Source: an archaeon (GTDB lineage Archaea > Nanobdellota > Nanobdellia > SCGC-AAA011-G17 > GW2011-AR17). Taken from it: 64,000 bases of DNA. Each line of letters starts with the position of its first letter. Positions within the stretch are counted from its first letter, which is position 1. The stretch lies in the NCBI GenBank assembly GCA_018653605.1, contig JABHYY010000018.1, positions 29,324 through 93,323 of the forward strand. Reading direction: 5' to 3'. Position numbers and translations under genes: made by a program. Below the pieces are notes generated by a model. It saw only the letters and a program-made list of their open reading frames with translations, searched no databases and was not told where the DNA came from. This document shows positions 38,877 to 48,682 of this stretch, one piece after another.

Positions 38877-39584
38877 TTTGAAAACCTCCACAAAAGTTCC
38901 TATATCCTGATCAAAAGAATTATCTTTCGGCCAAATTTTAAGTTCATCTATTTTTCTAAATCCATTATCTATTAACAATTTATTTGTAAAACTTTTTGAA
39001 ACTTTAAATTCAAAATCAGTACTATTTGCAGTTTGTTTTAAGAAATCTTCCAAACCCTCTATCTTTACATCATCAGGGATCTCATTTAACAATTTTTCAT
39101 AATATTTTAAGCATAATTCTTTTGTTGGGAGATAAATTTCTGTTAAAATAAGAACTCCTCCATCCTTAAGAGAATCTTTTATTTTATTAATAAAAATTTG
39201 TTTCTTATCATTAGGCATATGATGATAAGCAAAAATAGAAAAAACAATATCTGATTCCTTTCTAAAACTTACTTCTAAAACATCTTTATTAATTATCTCT
39301 ATTTGTTCTGCTTTAATTTGGGATGATTTTGCAAGATTTAAAAATCCTTTATTTATATCAATTAAAATAGCTTTTGTTATGTTCATTAATTCAGCATATT
39401 TTTTTGTGTTGCTCCCAGCCCCACAACAAAAGTCAGAAATTGTAATTGAATCCTTATTCTCAGTATATTTCTTAGCTAATTTAAGAGAAGCTAAAATAGC
39501 TTTCATATAATCAGGTCTAAGAGATTGAAATTCTTCATATTTTTCTACTTTATTATATGCTTCAATTTTACCTATTTTCATCAT
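38871..39584 (-). CDS. class I SAM-dependent methyltransferase
   Basis: DFCCGAG motif I, IDIN, FAYHHM, LKDGG. Confidence 0.88.
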   Translation of the reverse strand: MMKIGKIEAYNKVEKYEEFQSLRPDYMKAILASLKLAKKYTENKDSITISDFCCGAGSNTKKYAELMNITKAILIDINKGFLNLAKSSQIKAEQIEIINKDVLEVSFRKESDIVFSIFAYHHMPNDKKQIFINKIKDSLKDGGVLILTEIYLPTKELCLKYYEKLLNEIPDDVKIEGLEDFLKQTANSTDFEFKVSKSFTNKLLIDNGFRKIDELKIWPKDNSFDQDIGTFVEVFKL

Positions 39585-39588
39585 AAAA

Positions 39589-39691
39589 CGGACCTGGCAG
39601 GATTTGAACCTGCGACCCCTTGCTTAGGAGGCAAGTGCTCTTTTTAGCCCTGTCAATTCTTAACAAAGTATCCAAACTGAGCTACAGGTCC
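39589..39691 (-). tRNA. tRNA-Arg(CCT) with a 28-nt non-canonical D-loop intron (about 39641-39669)
   Basis: minus strand: GGACCTG TA GCTC AGTTTGGATA [ctttgttaagaattgacagggctaaaaa] GAGC A CTTGC CT CCT AA GCAAG GGGTC GCAGG TTCAAAT CCTGC CAGGTCC G. Confidence 0.9.
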
Positions 39692-39724
39692 CTATACAAA
39701 AAAAGAAAATATAAATATTTAAAG

Positions 39725-41512
39725 CTATCCCCTAATAACTATCTTCTCACCATCATCTAATAAGTCAACAATCCTCTTTCCAATCTCAGATCTTTTATTC
39801 AACTTAATTTCACCTTTCTTACCAGATGTAGAAGTTAAAAGATAATCATCACCATTAAAGAAGTCAACTTCCCTACCTTTCTTATCAATAGTAAACAAAA
39901 GAGTGTTACCTCTTTCCTTAAGTTGATAACTTAACTTTCTCTTCCTAACTCTTTCAACCCTTTTCTCAACAACATCAATACTTATACCCAATGATTTCTC
40001 AATCCGATCAATAGTCACACCTTTAGGTCCAATCAACTTACCTTTTGAACCAGGAGGAACATACACCCTAACTTTATGACCACCAACAACCTCAACCTCA
40101 AAATTTGAACAATACTTCTTCAACTCTCTCCTCAAATGTTTCTCAGCCAAACCTTCAACTCCAGTTTTCTGTTGATCACCAATAGGAATCACAACAGTAA
40201 CTTCACCATATGAATAAATTTCAAACACTAAAGTGTTAGTCTGCAAATCCTTAACCTCAATCACAGGTCGAGCCAAATCAGCCTCAGTCATACCAGAAGG
40301 AACTTTCACTTTCATACCCAAAGTCAAAACCTTAGCAATCTCTCCCTTATCAACAAAAATTATTGTATCAAGAACAGAAGGAATCATTCCAACCTCAATC
40401 CTAGAAATAAACCTCTGCACAGCATCAATCGGAGAAGCTGAATGCAAAACACCCATCATACTACTTCCACCAAGACGAAGATCAACAAACAACTTAAAAT
40501 CAGGTGTATCCCTCATCTCATCAAAAATAATATTATCAGGTCTAGATAAGAATAATATATCATGAATCTCTTCACCTGATGCAAAATTCTTAGAGTACTG
40601 AGTAATTCCTTCACTTAAAATTAAATCCCTAGGGCTCTCTACAGTCTTGACAACTCTTCCATTCGCAGCATAATACTCTGCTAGCGACTGACAAAAAGTA
40701 GATTTACCAGATCCAACCTCACCAGCAACTAAAACTCCAGAAGCACTCTCTTTCAACCTATCAAACACAGTAGCAGGCAAATCATACTGATCTAAATCTA
40801 ACTGCACCAAAGGCTTAACCGCAGTAATCTCCCATCCATCAGCAACAGGTGGCCTAACAATAACAATCCTAAACTGTCCATACTGAACAATGGTTGACCC
40901 TCTCCTAGAAATTTCAACAAAAGCACCATTTCTTTTCCTTGCTCTCTCAACAATTTCTTTTGCCCATTTTTGAATATCTTCTTGTGTTAACTTTTTCTTT
41001 TGTAACTGTACCAACTCCCAAGCACCAGGCTGCCCTTTTTTACCTAAAGGAGAAACACCCTCTCTCAAATGTACACTCATAGTTTTTTCATCAAAAAACT
41101 TTTCAATCTCTAATATTTGTTTTATCTTTTGTTCAATATACATTACTTTAAGACCCAAAGCTTTAGCACTCTCAGCCTGCACCATATCAGCAGTAACCAA
41201 AGTAGCCTTTTCAGCAAAAGCAACATCAATAATCATAGAATCAATCTCTCCACCCCTCTTAGCACCTTTAATCTGATTCAAATTTGGCCTTTCACCATAA
41301 AAAGTCAATTTAACTTTTTCTTTTTGCAAATTTTGCAACTCTTCTAAACCTAAAAACCCAGTTTCTCGACCAGTGTTAGCTTGATTTTCCAACTCAGCAA
41401 CAACAGCCCTAGGCACAACAATTTCACCTTTTAATTTTTTTTTCTTAACATAATCTGTAACCAACCTTTCAATCAGAACAGATGTATCTACTACATATTT
41501 CATGGTCCCCAC
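39725..41512 (-). CDS. PIN-domain ATPase with KH domain (PINA/VirB11-like)
   Basis: VVDTSV PIN, GEVGSGKST Walker A, IIFDEMRD, LARPVIEV, KH GKLIGPKG. Confidence 0.9.
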   Translation of the reverse strand: MGTMKYVVDTSVLIERLVTDYVKKKKLKGEIVVPRAVVAELENQANTGRETGFLGLEELQNLQKEKVKLTFYGERPNLNQIKGAKRGGEIDSMIIDVAFAEKATLVTADMVQAESAKALGLKVMYIEQKIKQILEIEKFFDEKTMSVHLREGVSPLGKKGQPGAWELVQLQKKKLTQEDIQKWAKEIVERARKRNGAFVEISRRGSTIVQYGQFRIVIVRPPVADGWEITAVKPLVQLDLDQYDLPATVFDRLKESASGVLVAGEVGSGKSTFCQSLAEYYAANGRVVKTVESPRDLILSEGITQYSKNFASGEEIHDILFLSRPDNIIFDEMRDTPDFKLFVDLRLGGSSMMGVLHSASPIDAVQRFISRIEVGMIPSVLDTIIFVDKGEIAKVLTLGMKVKVPSGMTEADLARPVIEVKDLQTNTLVFEIYSYGEVTVVIPIGDQQKTGVEGLAEKHLRRELKKYCSNFEVEVVGGHKVRVYVPPGSKGKLIGPKGVTIDRIEKSLGISIDVVEKRVERVRKRKLSYQLKERGNTLLFTIDKKGREVDFFNGDDYLLTSTSGKKGEIKLNKRSEIGKRIVDLLDDGEKIVIRG

Positions 41513-41895
41513 CTCACATTTATTTCATTTACATTATAACTTACTCCATGCCAAATCTCTAAAACCTTCAGCACACCAAGCTCTTCACCAGGAGCTTCTA
41601 AAACAACACTAATTTCTAAAGATTCACCAGGCTCAATTACAAAATCACTTCCAGGATCAACTTCACCACCTTCCATTTGTACATAATCTATAAAAGCTGA
41701 TTCTCCACCTTGATTATAGAGAAAAAAGTTAAACTCAATATCTTTGTCAACATCATACTCATGCTGATCATCCAAATTCTCAACAACCAACCAAGCAGCT
41801 TCTTCACCAACAAAATACCCATAATAAACACCTAACCCAGTTGATAACAAAGTTAACAAAGCAATACCCAACGCAATATACTTAAACAATCCCAT
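41500..41895 (-). CDS. hypothetical membrane-anchored Ig-like protein
   Basis: N-terminal TM, L.N.G...IEPGES pattern. Confidence 0.6.
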   Translation of the reverse strand: MGLFKYIALGIALLTLLSTGLGVYYGYFVGEEAAWLVVENLDDQHEYDVDKDIEFNFFLYNQGGESAFIDYVQMEGGEVDPGSDFVIEPGESLEISVVLEAPGEELGVLKVLEIWHGVSYNVNEINVRWGP

Positions 41896-41985
41896 AACAT
41901 TACTTAATTAAATAATCTATATAAACTTTGTGTTAAAGAGTTTAGCTACAGAAGTTTTTTAAAAGTAAATTTTTAGAGAGGTTTT

Positions 41986-42270
41986 ATGCAAGCAACAGAT
42001 AAAGAGGTAGTTTCTAAACTTGAATATATTGCTAATGTTGAAATTAAAAGAAGACAAGCACTAATAGATGCAGGAAACGAAGTATGGGGCTTTGAACTAA
42101 GAAATTTTATTCTAATCTTAACACCAGGATATCATCATTTTATAGAAAGAGCACAATCATTACAGGACACCTTTTCTGACAAAGCAAAAAGAGGTTATGA
42201 ACTTTTATGTAAAGGCAAAGCAAGAGTTTCATACTTTTCTCAAGAAAACCAAGAAAGCAGTATGCCCTAA
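41986..42270 (+). CDS. hypothetical protein
   Basis: 94-aa ORF with GAGG SD; overlaps the trmI 3' end. Confidence 0.45.
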   Translation: MQATDKEVVSKLEYIANVEIKRRQALIDAGNEVWGFELRNFILILTPGYHHFIERAQSLQDTFSDKAKRGYELLCKGKARVSYFSQENQESSMP

Positions 42271-42930
42271 CATTTGATTCAAAGGCCTAACCTTTTTACC
42301 TTCAACAACCCAATCTCTTTGCAAAACTTCACAAACTCTTTCAACAATAAACTCTTCATTAAAGGATCTGATCAAATCACCAAGTTGTGTTGTGGTTGGA
42401 AGATAACAAACCAAATAAGCACCACTTTTCAAAGATTTGTAAGCAACATCTAAAAAGTCCCAAGGATTTTGCAAATCTAAAACCATCAAATCAATATCAG
42501 TTTCTTTTGCTTCTGAAACACTCTGATTTTTCAGTTCAACATTATCAACTTTAAAGGTTTCTAAGTTTTTGTTAACAATTTTAAAACCATCAGCATTTTT
42601 TTCATAAGAATAAACTTTTTTACAAACATTTGAAAGACACAAAGTTAACATTCCAGAACCAGCACCAGCTTCTAAACAAACTGAATCTTTTCCAACCCCA
42701 GTGTAACCAAGTATAGTTCCAATATCTTTCAGGTGCATAGTTGCAGCACCTCTTTTAATTTTTTTCAAACTGTCTACAAACTTTGCATCAAAAACAATAA
42801 ACTCTTTTCCAGTGTTACTAACAGCTCTATTCCCAGTTAGATCACCCTCTTTAATAACACCATACTGAGTGTGAACATCTCCCTGTGTATGGTAAAATGT
42901 TTTACCTAGCCTTTTCAAAATCTTTTTCAT
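42229..42930 (-). CDS. trmI: tRNA (adenine-N1)-methyltransferase TrmI
   Basis: HTQYG, KRGAATMHLKD, LEAGAGSGML, LDLQNPW, YLPT, RP...MLGHTAFL. Confidence 0.9.
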   Translation of the reverse strand: MKKILKRLGKTFYHTQGDVHTQYGVIKEGDLTGNRAVSNTGKEFIVFDAKFVDSLKKIKRGAATMHLKDIGTILGYTGVGKDSVCLEAGAGSGMLTLCLSNVCKKVYSYEKNADGFKIVNKNLETFKVDNVELKNQSVSEAKETDIDLMVLDLQNPWDFLDVAYKSLKSGAYLVCYLPTTTQLGDLIRSFNEEFIVERVCEVLQRDWVVEGKKVRPLNQMLGHTAFLVFLRKV

Positions 42931-42997
42931 ATGTTAAAGAAACTAAGAACTGATTATAAAGGTTACTATCTGCATTCTAAACAAAAAAAAGCAAGCA

Positions 42998-43849
42998 CTA
43001 AAACATCAGAGGTGTAATATAAACTTCAACCAACCCTGCAAAGATAATAACCAAAATAGCAATAATCAAAAGATTAACAGAATCCTTCATTAAAATCTTA
43101 AACTTCTTATTACCCATTTTATAATGTAACACCCCAAGAGAAATCAAACCACCAGCCATACCACCAATAAAATAAGCAACTATCTCTAAAACTCCATGCG
43201 TCATATACCTTAACAAACCAAAAGAAACAGCACCAAAATAACCAGCAACTTTTGCAAACCCAACAGCACCAGCATAACTACTCAACCTATCTCTAATAAA
43301 CCCACCAATAGCTGCACTAATAACAGAAGCATTCCAAGTTAAAATGAAAATTGCACCAGCACCATAGAAAAATGAAAAGAACACACAGAAAAATAAAACT
43401 TTCAAATTATTCCCAATAATTGCAGACAAAAATGTCCATGAAGTAGCATTACCAGAAGTTAAATTACCATTAATAGCTTGTATTGTAGCAACTTGTGTAG
43501 CAAACAAATCAGCAACAAGATCAGCTGGCAAACAAAGATACCAAACAACTAAAGCACCAACATAACCAAAGAAAAGAAAAACAAAAACTCTCAAACCATA
43601 CAAATGTCCTTTCAAAATTTTAGATTCTTTTTTCTCTTTAAGATCTCTCTGTGCTTCATATCTAAGAGTTGCATAAACAAGTGGAATAGAAGCCATCACA
43701 GTAAGAAAAACTACAATCATACTTGCTTCAGATCTAAAAATCCATAATCCTAAGAAAACAGCAACAGTTGCATACAAGAATCCTAACAGAAAAACATGGA
43801 AAGGTTTTCTTTCAGCAAACTTCACCCCAATCAAAGATTCAAGAACCAT
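42998..43849 (-). CDS. SpoIIM-family membrane protein
   Basis: NNLKV, FILTWNASV, HGVLEI, AGLVEVYITP. Confidence 0.85.
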   Translation of the reverse strand: MVLESLIGVKFAERKPFHVFLLGFLYATVAVFLGLWIFRSEASMIVVFLTVMASIPLVYATLRYEAQRDLKEKKESKILKGHLYGLRVFVFLFFGYVGALVVWYLCLPADLVADLFATQVATIQAINGNLTSGNATSWTFLSAIIGNNLKVLFFCVFFSFFYGAGAIFILTWNASVISAAIGGFIRDRLSSYAGAVGFAKVAGYFGAVSFGLLRYMTHGVLEIVAYFIGGMAGGLISLGVLHYKMGNKKFKILMKDSVNLLIIAILVIIFAGLVEVYITPLMF

Positions 43850-43983
43850 AAACTATTTCAAAACAAAGGAGTATATAAATTTTTCTTTAATTAATCCAAT
43901 GTAACTACAACTAAGAAGTAACTATTAGAGCACAATAAACTTTAAAAAAGGATTTCAATATTCTCAGTTTAATTAATAATAAA

Positions 43984-44817
43984 ATGGCTAAAAGACACAC
44001 AAAAGGAACTGATTTACCTGATCCAGATGCATTTGAAGCTTCATTAAAAGAACAAAGGAAAGATGGAGCAAATTTTGTTAGTGAAGGTGGAGTTATAGAA
44101 ACAGTTTATCCTTTAGCCGATGAAAACGTTGAGTCCCTACCAGAAAGAGACCCAACAGGAGAAAATAAAATGACAGAAGATAATGATAATACATTTGGAC
44201 AAGGTCCAAGAGAAATAGCACCAGAAGCACTTGGTGGAAAAGAAGAAGAAATCCCAGGATTAGTAAGAGATGGTTCAGATATGCAACAACATGCAGAAGA
44301 TTTTGTTGCTGATGGAGCAGCAGATCCTATTTTAGATGCACCAATAACATACAGAGCAATTGTTGTTGAAGATGGCAATAATGCTAGAGGAGAAATTGTA
44401 GCTGCACTTGATGAACATGAAAGAGTTGATAGTGTTTATGAAGTTACAAGAACACAAGACTTAAATGACCTTCCTTTCGCTAGAACAGATTACCTTTTCC
44501 TAGATTGGGATTTAAGAGGGACCCAAGATGGTGAAGATAATTTATACACTTCAGGAAATGGCCCACAAAGTGGAAAAGAAGTTTTAGAACTTGTAAACAG
44601 AAGAATTAGACAAGGACAAGATATTGGAGCAATTGTTGTTTTAAGTAGTTTTGGAGATATGGTAGCAGAAAATATAAGATCTTATGGATTAACACATTTA
44701 GAAAGAGTTTATATTAAAAAGAAACCAACCAGTATTCAAGAACTTGGAGACATGGCATTAACATCATTAGATGAAATGATTACAGAAAATTACGCAGACG
44801 ATACAACACAAGTTTAA
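43984..44817 (+). CDS. response-regulator receiver protein with long acidic N-terminal extension
   Basis: AIVVED, YLFLDWDL (phospho-Asp), SGKEVL, IVVLSS, KKP; no output domain. Confidence 0.72.
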   Translation: MAKRHTKGTDLPDPDAFEASLKEQRKDGANFVSEGGVIETVYPLADENVESLPERDPTGENKMTEDNDNTFGQGPREIAPEALGGKEEEIPGLVRDGSDMQQHAEDFVADGAADPILDAPITYRAIVVEDGNNARGEIVAALDEHERVDSVYEVTRTQDLNDLPFARTDYLFLDWDLRGTQDGEDNLYTSGNGPQSGKEVLELVNRRIRQGQDIGAIVVLSSFGDMVAENIRSYGLTHLERVYIKKKPTSIQELGDMALTSLDEMITENYADDTTQV

Positions 44818-44837
44818 TTTTTTTATTTAATTTTTTA

Positions 44838-46670
44838 TTATTTTTCTAAAGGAAGAGTCAATTCCAATTCTAACCCACCTTTAGGAAGGCCCTTATATTC
44901 AACACCACCACCATGCCCCATTTTAACAACTTCTCTTATAATTTGTGTACCAACCCCAGTACCACCTTTTGTTGTTGTAACATGTTTTCCAGTATTCAAA
45001 GAATCAAGAACATATTCTGGAACAACAGGACCAGGGTTAGAAACCAAAGTAACTAAGTTAGAACCATCAACATAAGCATTTACAGCCACATAACCATTTT
45101 CAATTTTTGAAATAGCATCAGCACCATTTTTTAATGCGTTATAAAATGCCATTTCAAGAGATCTTTCTCTTCCAACCAATTGAACATCAGGAACTTCATA
45201 ACTATAATCTACTCTTGGAAATGAAGCTGTAAAGTTATTAGATAAAATATCCCATAGACCTTTATATGAAAAAGAAGCATGTTCTTCCGGTTTAAAATCC
45301 TCATTTTTCAAAAGCTCTTCTAAAATAGATCCTGCAGATTGACCTTGTTGAAAAACAAGATTCAAATTTTCAGCAATATTTTTATAAAGCAAAGCATCAA
45401 AATCCTCAAAACTTGATACATCAAGATTATCAAACAAAGTATCAACTCTTGTTGCCCTCATACGAGGCTTTATAGTTAAACCCAAACCATATCGAATATT
45501 CCATGCTTCTAAAAGAGATTTTTTTATAATTGCAAAACCACCTGTAGATTCAATAATCAAACCTTTAGCATCATGAGAAACCTTCCGGACAAGGTCTAAT
45601 TTTTGTCCTTCTCTAAGTAACTCTTGATTTCTAGAGTCATACATTGTCAATATCTTTTCTCTTTGGGCCTCAACAGCAATTCTTTCAGCTTTCTCTTCTG
45701 CAGCATCAGCCCTTGCATCAGCAGTAGCAAGATCTGCCACAGCCGTTGCCAACCGAGAATCCTCAGCATCAGCCAGAACATCATCAAAATGTTGAAGTGC
45801 CAAAGATTGTTGTAACTGAATTGCACCTCTTCTAGTTCTATTTCCGGATTCATATAAACTATTTAAGAAAACAACAAGTGGTTCACATTTACTTTTAATC
45901 CAACCCATATTAGGTCTTTTCCATTGCAACCTATAAACATGAACACCATCATCAGACAAATATTGACAATCCTTAGGAACTACATATCTAACAATATCTC
46001 GACCACTCAAAAGATCAGCCTTTTCAGCCTCCCTTTCAGGAGAAAAAGGTGAAACTAAAGGAGAAATAAGAAAATCCTCCAAACCAATATAAAAATCTTC
46101 AATACCAGCAGTCAACACACCCAATGTAAATAAATCTCCTAACTCATGCACCTCCTTAGGATTATTATACTTAATCTGTGCATCAACAAAACCATTACCA
46201 CCACCAACAACAGTTGAAACCAAAAACCTATTAAATTTTCTACCTGCTGTTTCCATACCAATACTAAGTGCCCTATAAGGAGTCAGAGCCATTTTAAAAC
46301 CACCCCTAATTTTATCAAACTCAGGCTCATTTTTCACATATCTACCCATATCAAAAAGAAAGGCTTGGTCACCAGTTGCTTCAAAAAGATTCCAAATAAA
46401 CTTCCTTTGTTCTTCTAAATCACACCACCCTTCAGGATTTCCAACAAAATGACTATAAGCTCTTTCTGCAAGATCATCAAGAGCCAAAGCAACATCTTTT
46501 CTTATTGGAACATCAGGAACTTCTTCAGGAATTTCCATACCCAAAAAAGCATAATTTAGAAGTTTAGCATCAAGATGAGTTAGAAGATGAATCCCAGCAG
46601 TCATAGTTCTATGACTAACAGTAGGGCCTTGACTAATTATAGTATCTTCAGCTTGGGAGGGTAATGCCAT
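44838..46670 (-). CDS. sensor histidine kinase (cytoplasmic, V4R/HNOX-like N-terminal region)
   Basis: coiled coil then VSHDAK H-box, FYNALKNGADA N-box, NPGP G1, TTTKGGTGVG G2, GLELELTLP. Confidence 0.8.
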   Translation of the reverse strand: MALPSQAEDTIISQGPTVSHRTMTAGIHLLTHLDAKLLNYAFLGMEIPEEVPDVPIRKDVALALDDLAERAYSHFVGNPEGWCDLEEQRKFIWNLFEATGDQAFLFDMGRYVKNEPEFDKIRGGFKMALTPYRALSIGMETAGRKFNRFLVSTVVGGGNGFVDAQIKYNNPKEVHELGDLFTLGVLTAGIEDFYIGLEDFLISPLVSPFSPEREAEKADLLSGRDIVRYVVPKDCQYLSDDGVHVYRLQWKRPNMGWIKSKCEPLVVFLNSLYESGNRTRRGAIQLQQSLALQHFDDVLADAEDSRLATAVADLATADARADAAEEKAERIAVEAQREKILTMYDSRNQELLREGQKLDLVRKVSHDAKGLIIESTGGFAIIKKSLLEAWNIRYGLGLTIKPRMRATRVDTLFDNLDVSSFEDFDALLYKNIAENLNLVFQQGQSAGSILEELLKNEDFKPEEHASFSYKGLWDILSNNFTASFPRVDYSYEVPDVQLVGRERSLEMAFYNALKNGADAISKIENGYVAVNAYVDGSNLVTLVSNPGPVVPEYVLDSLNTGKHVTTTKGGTGVGTQIIREVVKMGHGGGVEYKGLPKGGLELELTLPLEK

Positions 46671-46778
46671 TTTTCCTTTATAAAAGACTGAAATAATCCC
46701 TTTATAAGAATTTATATCTTTTACTATCTATGAATGGTAAAGAAATCTTATAAAGCGAAACCACCCTAAATAACAAAC

Positions 46779-47144
46779 ATGAGAACAATGCTCCATTCAA
46801 AGATTCACAGAGCTACAGTGACCGAATCAAAATTAGAATACATAGGAAGCATCACAATCGACAAAGCCCTTCTAAAAAAAGTAGATATCTGGCCAGGAGA
46901 AAAAGTTTTAGTTGTAAGTAAAACAAATGGTGCAAGACTAGAAACCTATGTGATTGAAGGAAAAACAAACTCAGGTGTAATCTGCGTCAATGGTGCAGCA
47001 TCGCATTTAATAAAAAAAGGACATGAAGTTATTATAATGACTTTCAAGCTAACAAACAAAAGAATCAAACCAAAATGTATTTTAGTTGACAAAAAAAACA
47101 AATTTGTTAAATTCCTTGTACATGATGAAAAGAGCTTGCTTTGA
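46779..47144 (+). CDS. panD: aspartate 1-decarboxylase (pyruvoyl-dependent)
   Basis: MLHSKIHRATVT, YIG-SITID cleavage site, NGARLETYVI, ICVNGAA. Confidence 0.93.
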   Translation: MRTMLHSKIHRATVTESKLEYIGSITIDKALLKKVDIWPGEKVLVVSKTNGARLETYVIEGKTNSGVICVNGAASHLIKKGHEVIIMTFKLTNKRIKPKCILVDKKNKFVKFLVHDEKSLL

Positions 47145-48682
47145 AAAAACTTAAAAACTTCTTAGACATAGAAAACAACATGAAACTCTTAATTAAATAT
47201 TTACCAGCATCTTTAGTTCACAGTATTACAACAAGAAAAGCAAAAAATTATGAAAAATTTAAAAAATACTTTCTAAACTTAGATCCAGAAACAATTGAAA
47301 CATTAAGAGAGAAATATTTACTATACACATTTCACAAAAATGCAAAAACAATACCTGGATACAAGAAATTTTTGAAAAAGAAGAAAGTTAATTTGAAAAA
47401 AATAAAAACAATAAAAGACTTTCAAGACAAAATACCAGAAACAAACAAACACAATTATGTTTTCAAAGCAAAAAAAGACATTACAGACCTTTGTATAGAT
47501 GGCAATTATAAGAAAATTAACATGCTTGTAAAGAGTTCAGGACACTCAGGAAAACAATGTTACTGGGCAAGATCACACAAAGAAAACTCTTTTGGCCAAA
47601 CTTCACTAAGTATTGGTTTAGATGAAAACTTTAATATCTCAAGTAAAAAAACATTAATCATAAATGGTTTTGTATTAGGAAGCTGGGTTACAGGAATCAC
47701 TTTCAATGAATTCGCTTCAGCACACAGTCCAGTAATTAACACAGGTCCAAACAAAGAAGAGATTCTAGAAACAATAAAAGAAATTGGTAACCAGTTCGAA
47801 CAAATCATGGTAACAGGTTACCCACCTTTCATAAAAGATCTTGTTGACTATGGAAACAGTGTAAGGTTCCCTTGGAAAAAATACAAAATTAACTTTGGTG
47901 CAGGTGGAGAAGCATTCCCAGAAGCATGGAGAGATTATATTGCAGAAAAATCAGGAGCAAAAAAAATCAGATCTGGTTTCGGTGCATCTGACATAGGAAT
48001 TCTTGGTGGCCTTGAAACAAATGACACTGTTTTTATTAGAAGACTAACAGAAAAAAATAAAACATTAAAAAAAGAATTGTTTGGAGATTTACAAGATACA
48101 CCAATGTTGTTTCAGTACCCATTAAACCTTTACATCCATACTAACAAAAAAAAGGAACTTATATTCACAACAATTTTACCTGAAGCAGTACAACCTGCAA
48201 TAAAATATAATCTACAAGATATTGGTGGAACTGTTTCATACAAAGACATGCAAAAGATTCTAAAAAAACATAACATAGAAAGAGACTTCACATTACCTTT
48301 ACCTTTCCTATACATTGCAGGTAGAGCGGATGGCCCAGTTAAATTCCAAGCATTCATGATTTACCCAGAAAACATTGAAGAGTGTATTTACCAAAACAAA
48401 GAAATTGCAAACTCAACAACAGGAAATTTTAGATTAAAAACAAAATTAACAAAAAAATATGATGCTGTTTTACAAATAGAATTCCAACTAAAGAAAAAAT
48501 TAATGCCATCAAAAAGATTAGAACTACAATACAAAAAATTGTGCACACAAACTTTAAAGAAAGTTAATGGTGGTTACAACATCACACAAAAAAGAGTAAA
48601 GAAAAAAGCAGAACCAAAAATAATTCTATACGAACACAGCAAATACCCTTACAAATCTAAAATTAAAAATGTATATTCATAA
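47141..48682 (+). CDS. phenylacetate-CoA ligase-like (PaaK-type) adenylate-forming enzyme
   Basis: KSSGHSG P-loop, GYPPFIKD, GGEAF, FGASD, IKYNLQD.G, GRAD...IYPENIE. Confidence 0.82.
   Translation: MKKLKNFLDIENNMKLLIKYLPASLVHSITTRKAKNYEKFKKYFLNLDPETIETLREKYLLYTFHKNAKTIPGYKKFLKKKKVNLKKIKTIKDFQDKIPETNKHNYVFKAKKDITDLCIDGNYKKINMLVKSSGHSGKQCYWARSHKENSFGQTSLSIGLDENFNISSKKTLIINGFVLGSWVTGITFNEFASAHSPVINTGPNKEEILETIKEIGNQFEQIMVTGYPPFIKDLVDYGNSVRFPWKKYKINFGAGGEAFPEAWRDYIAEKSGAKKIRSGFGASDIGILGGLETNDTVFIRRLTEKNKTLKKELFGDLQDTPMLFQYPLNLYIHTNKKKELIFTTILPEAVQPAIKYNLQDIGGTVSYKDMQKILKKHNIERDFTLPLPFLYIAGRADGPVKFQAFMIYPENIEECIYQNKEIANSTTGNFRLKTKLTKKYDAVLQIEFQLKKKLMPSKRLELQYKKLCTQTLKKVNGGYNITQKRVKKKAEPKIILYEHSKYPYKSKIKNVYS

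Noticed and set aside
46107-46118. Fourth exact AGCAGTCAACAC copy
   Set aside because: Lies inside the histidine kinase CDS (GVLTAG) without the flanking similarity; probably chance, and it slightly weakens the boundary-element claim
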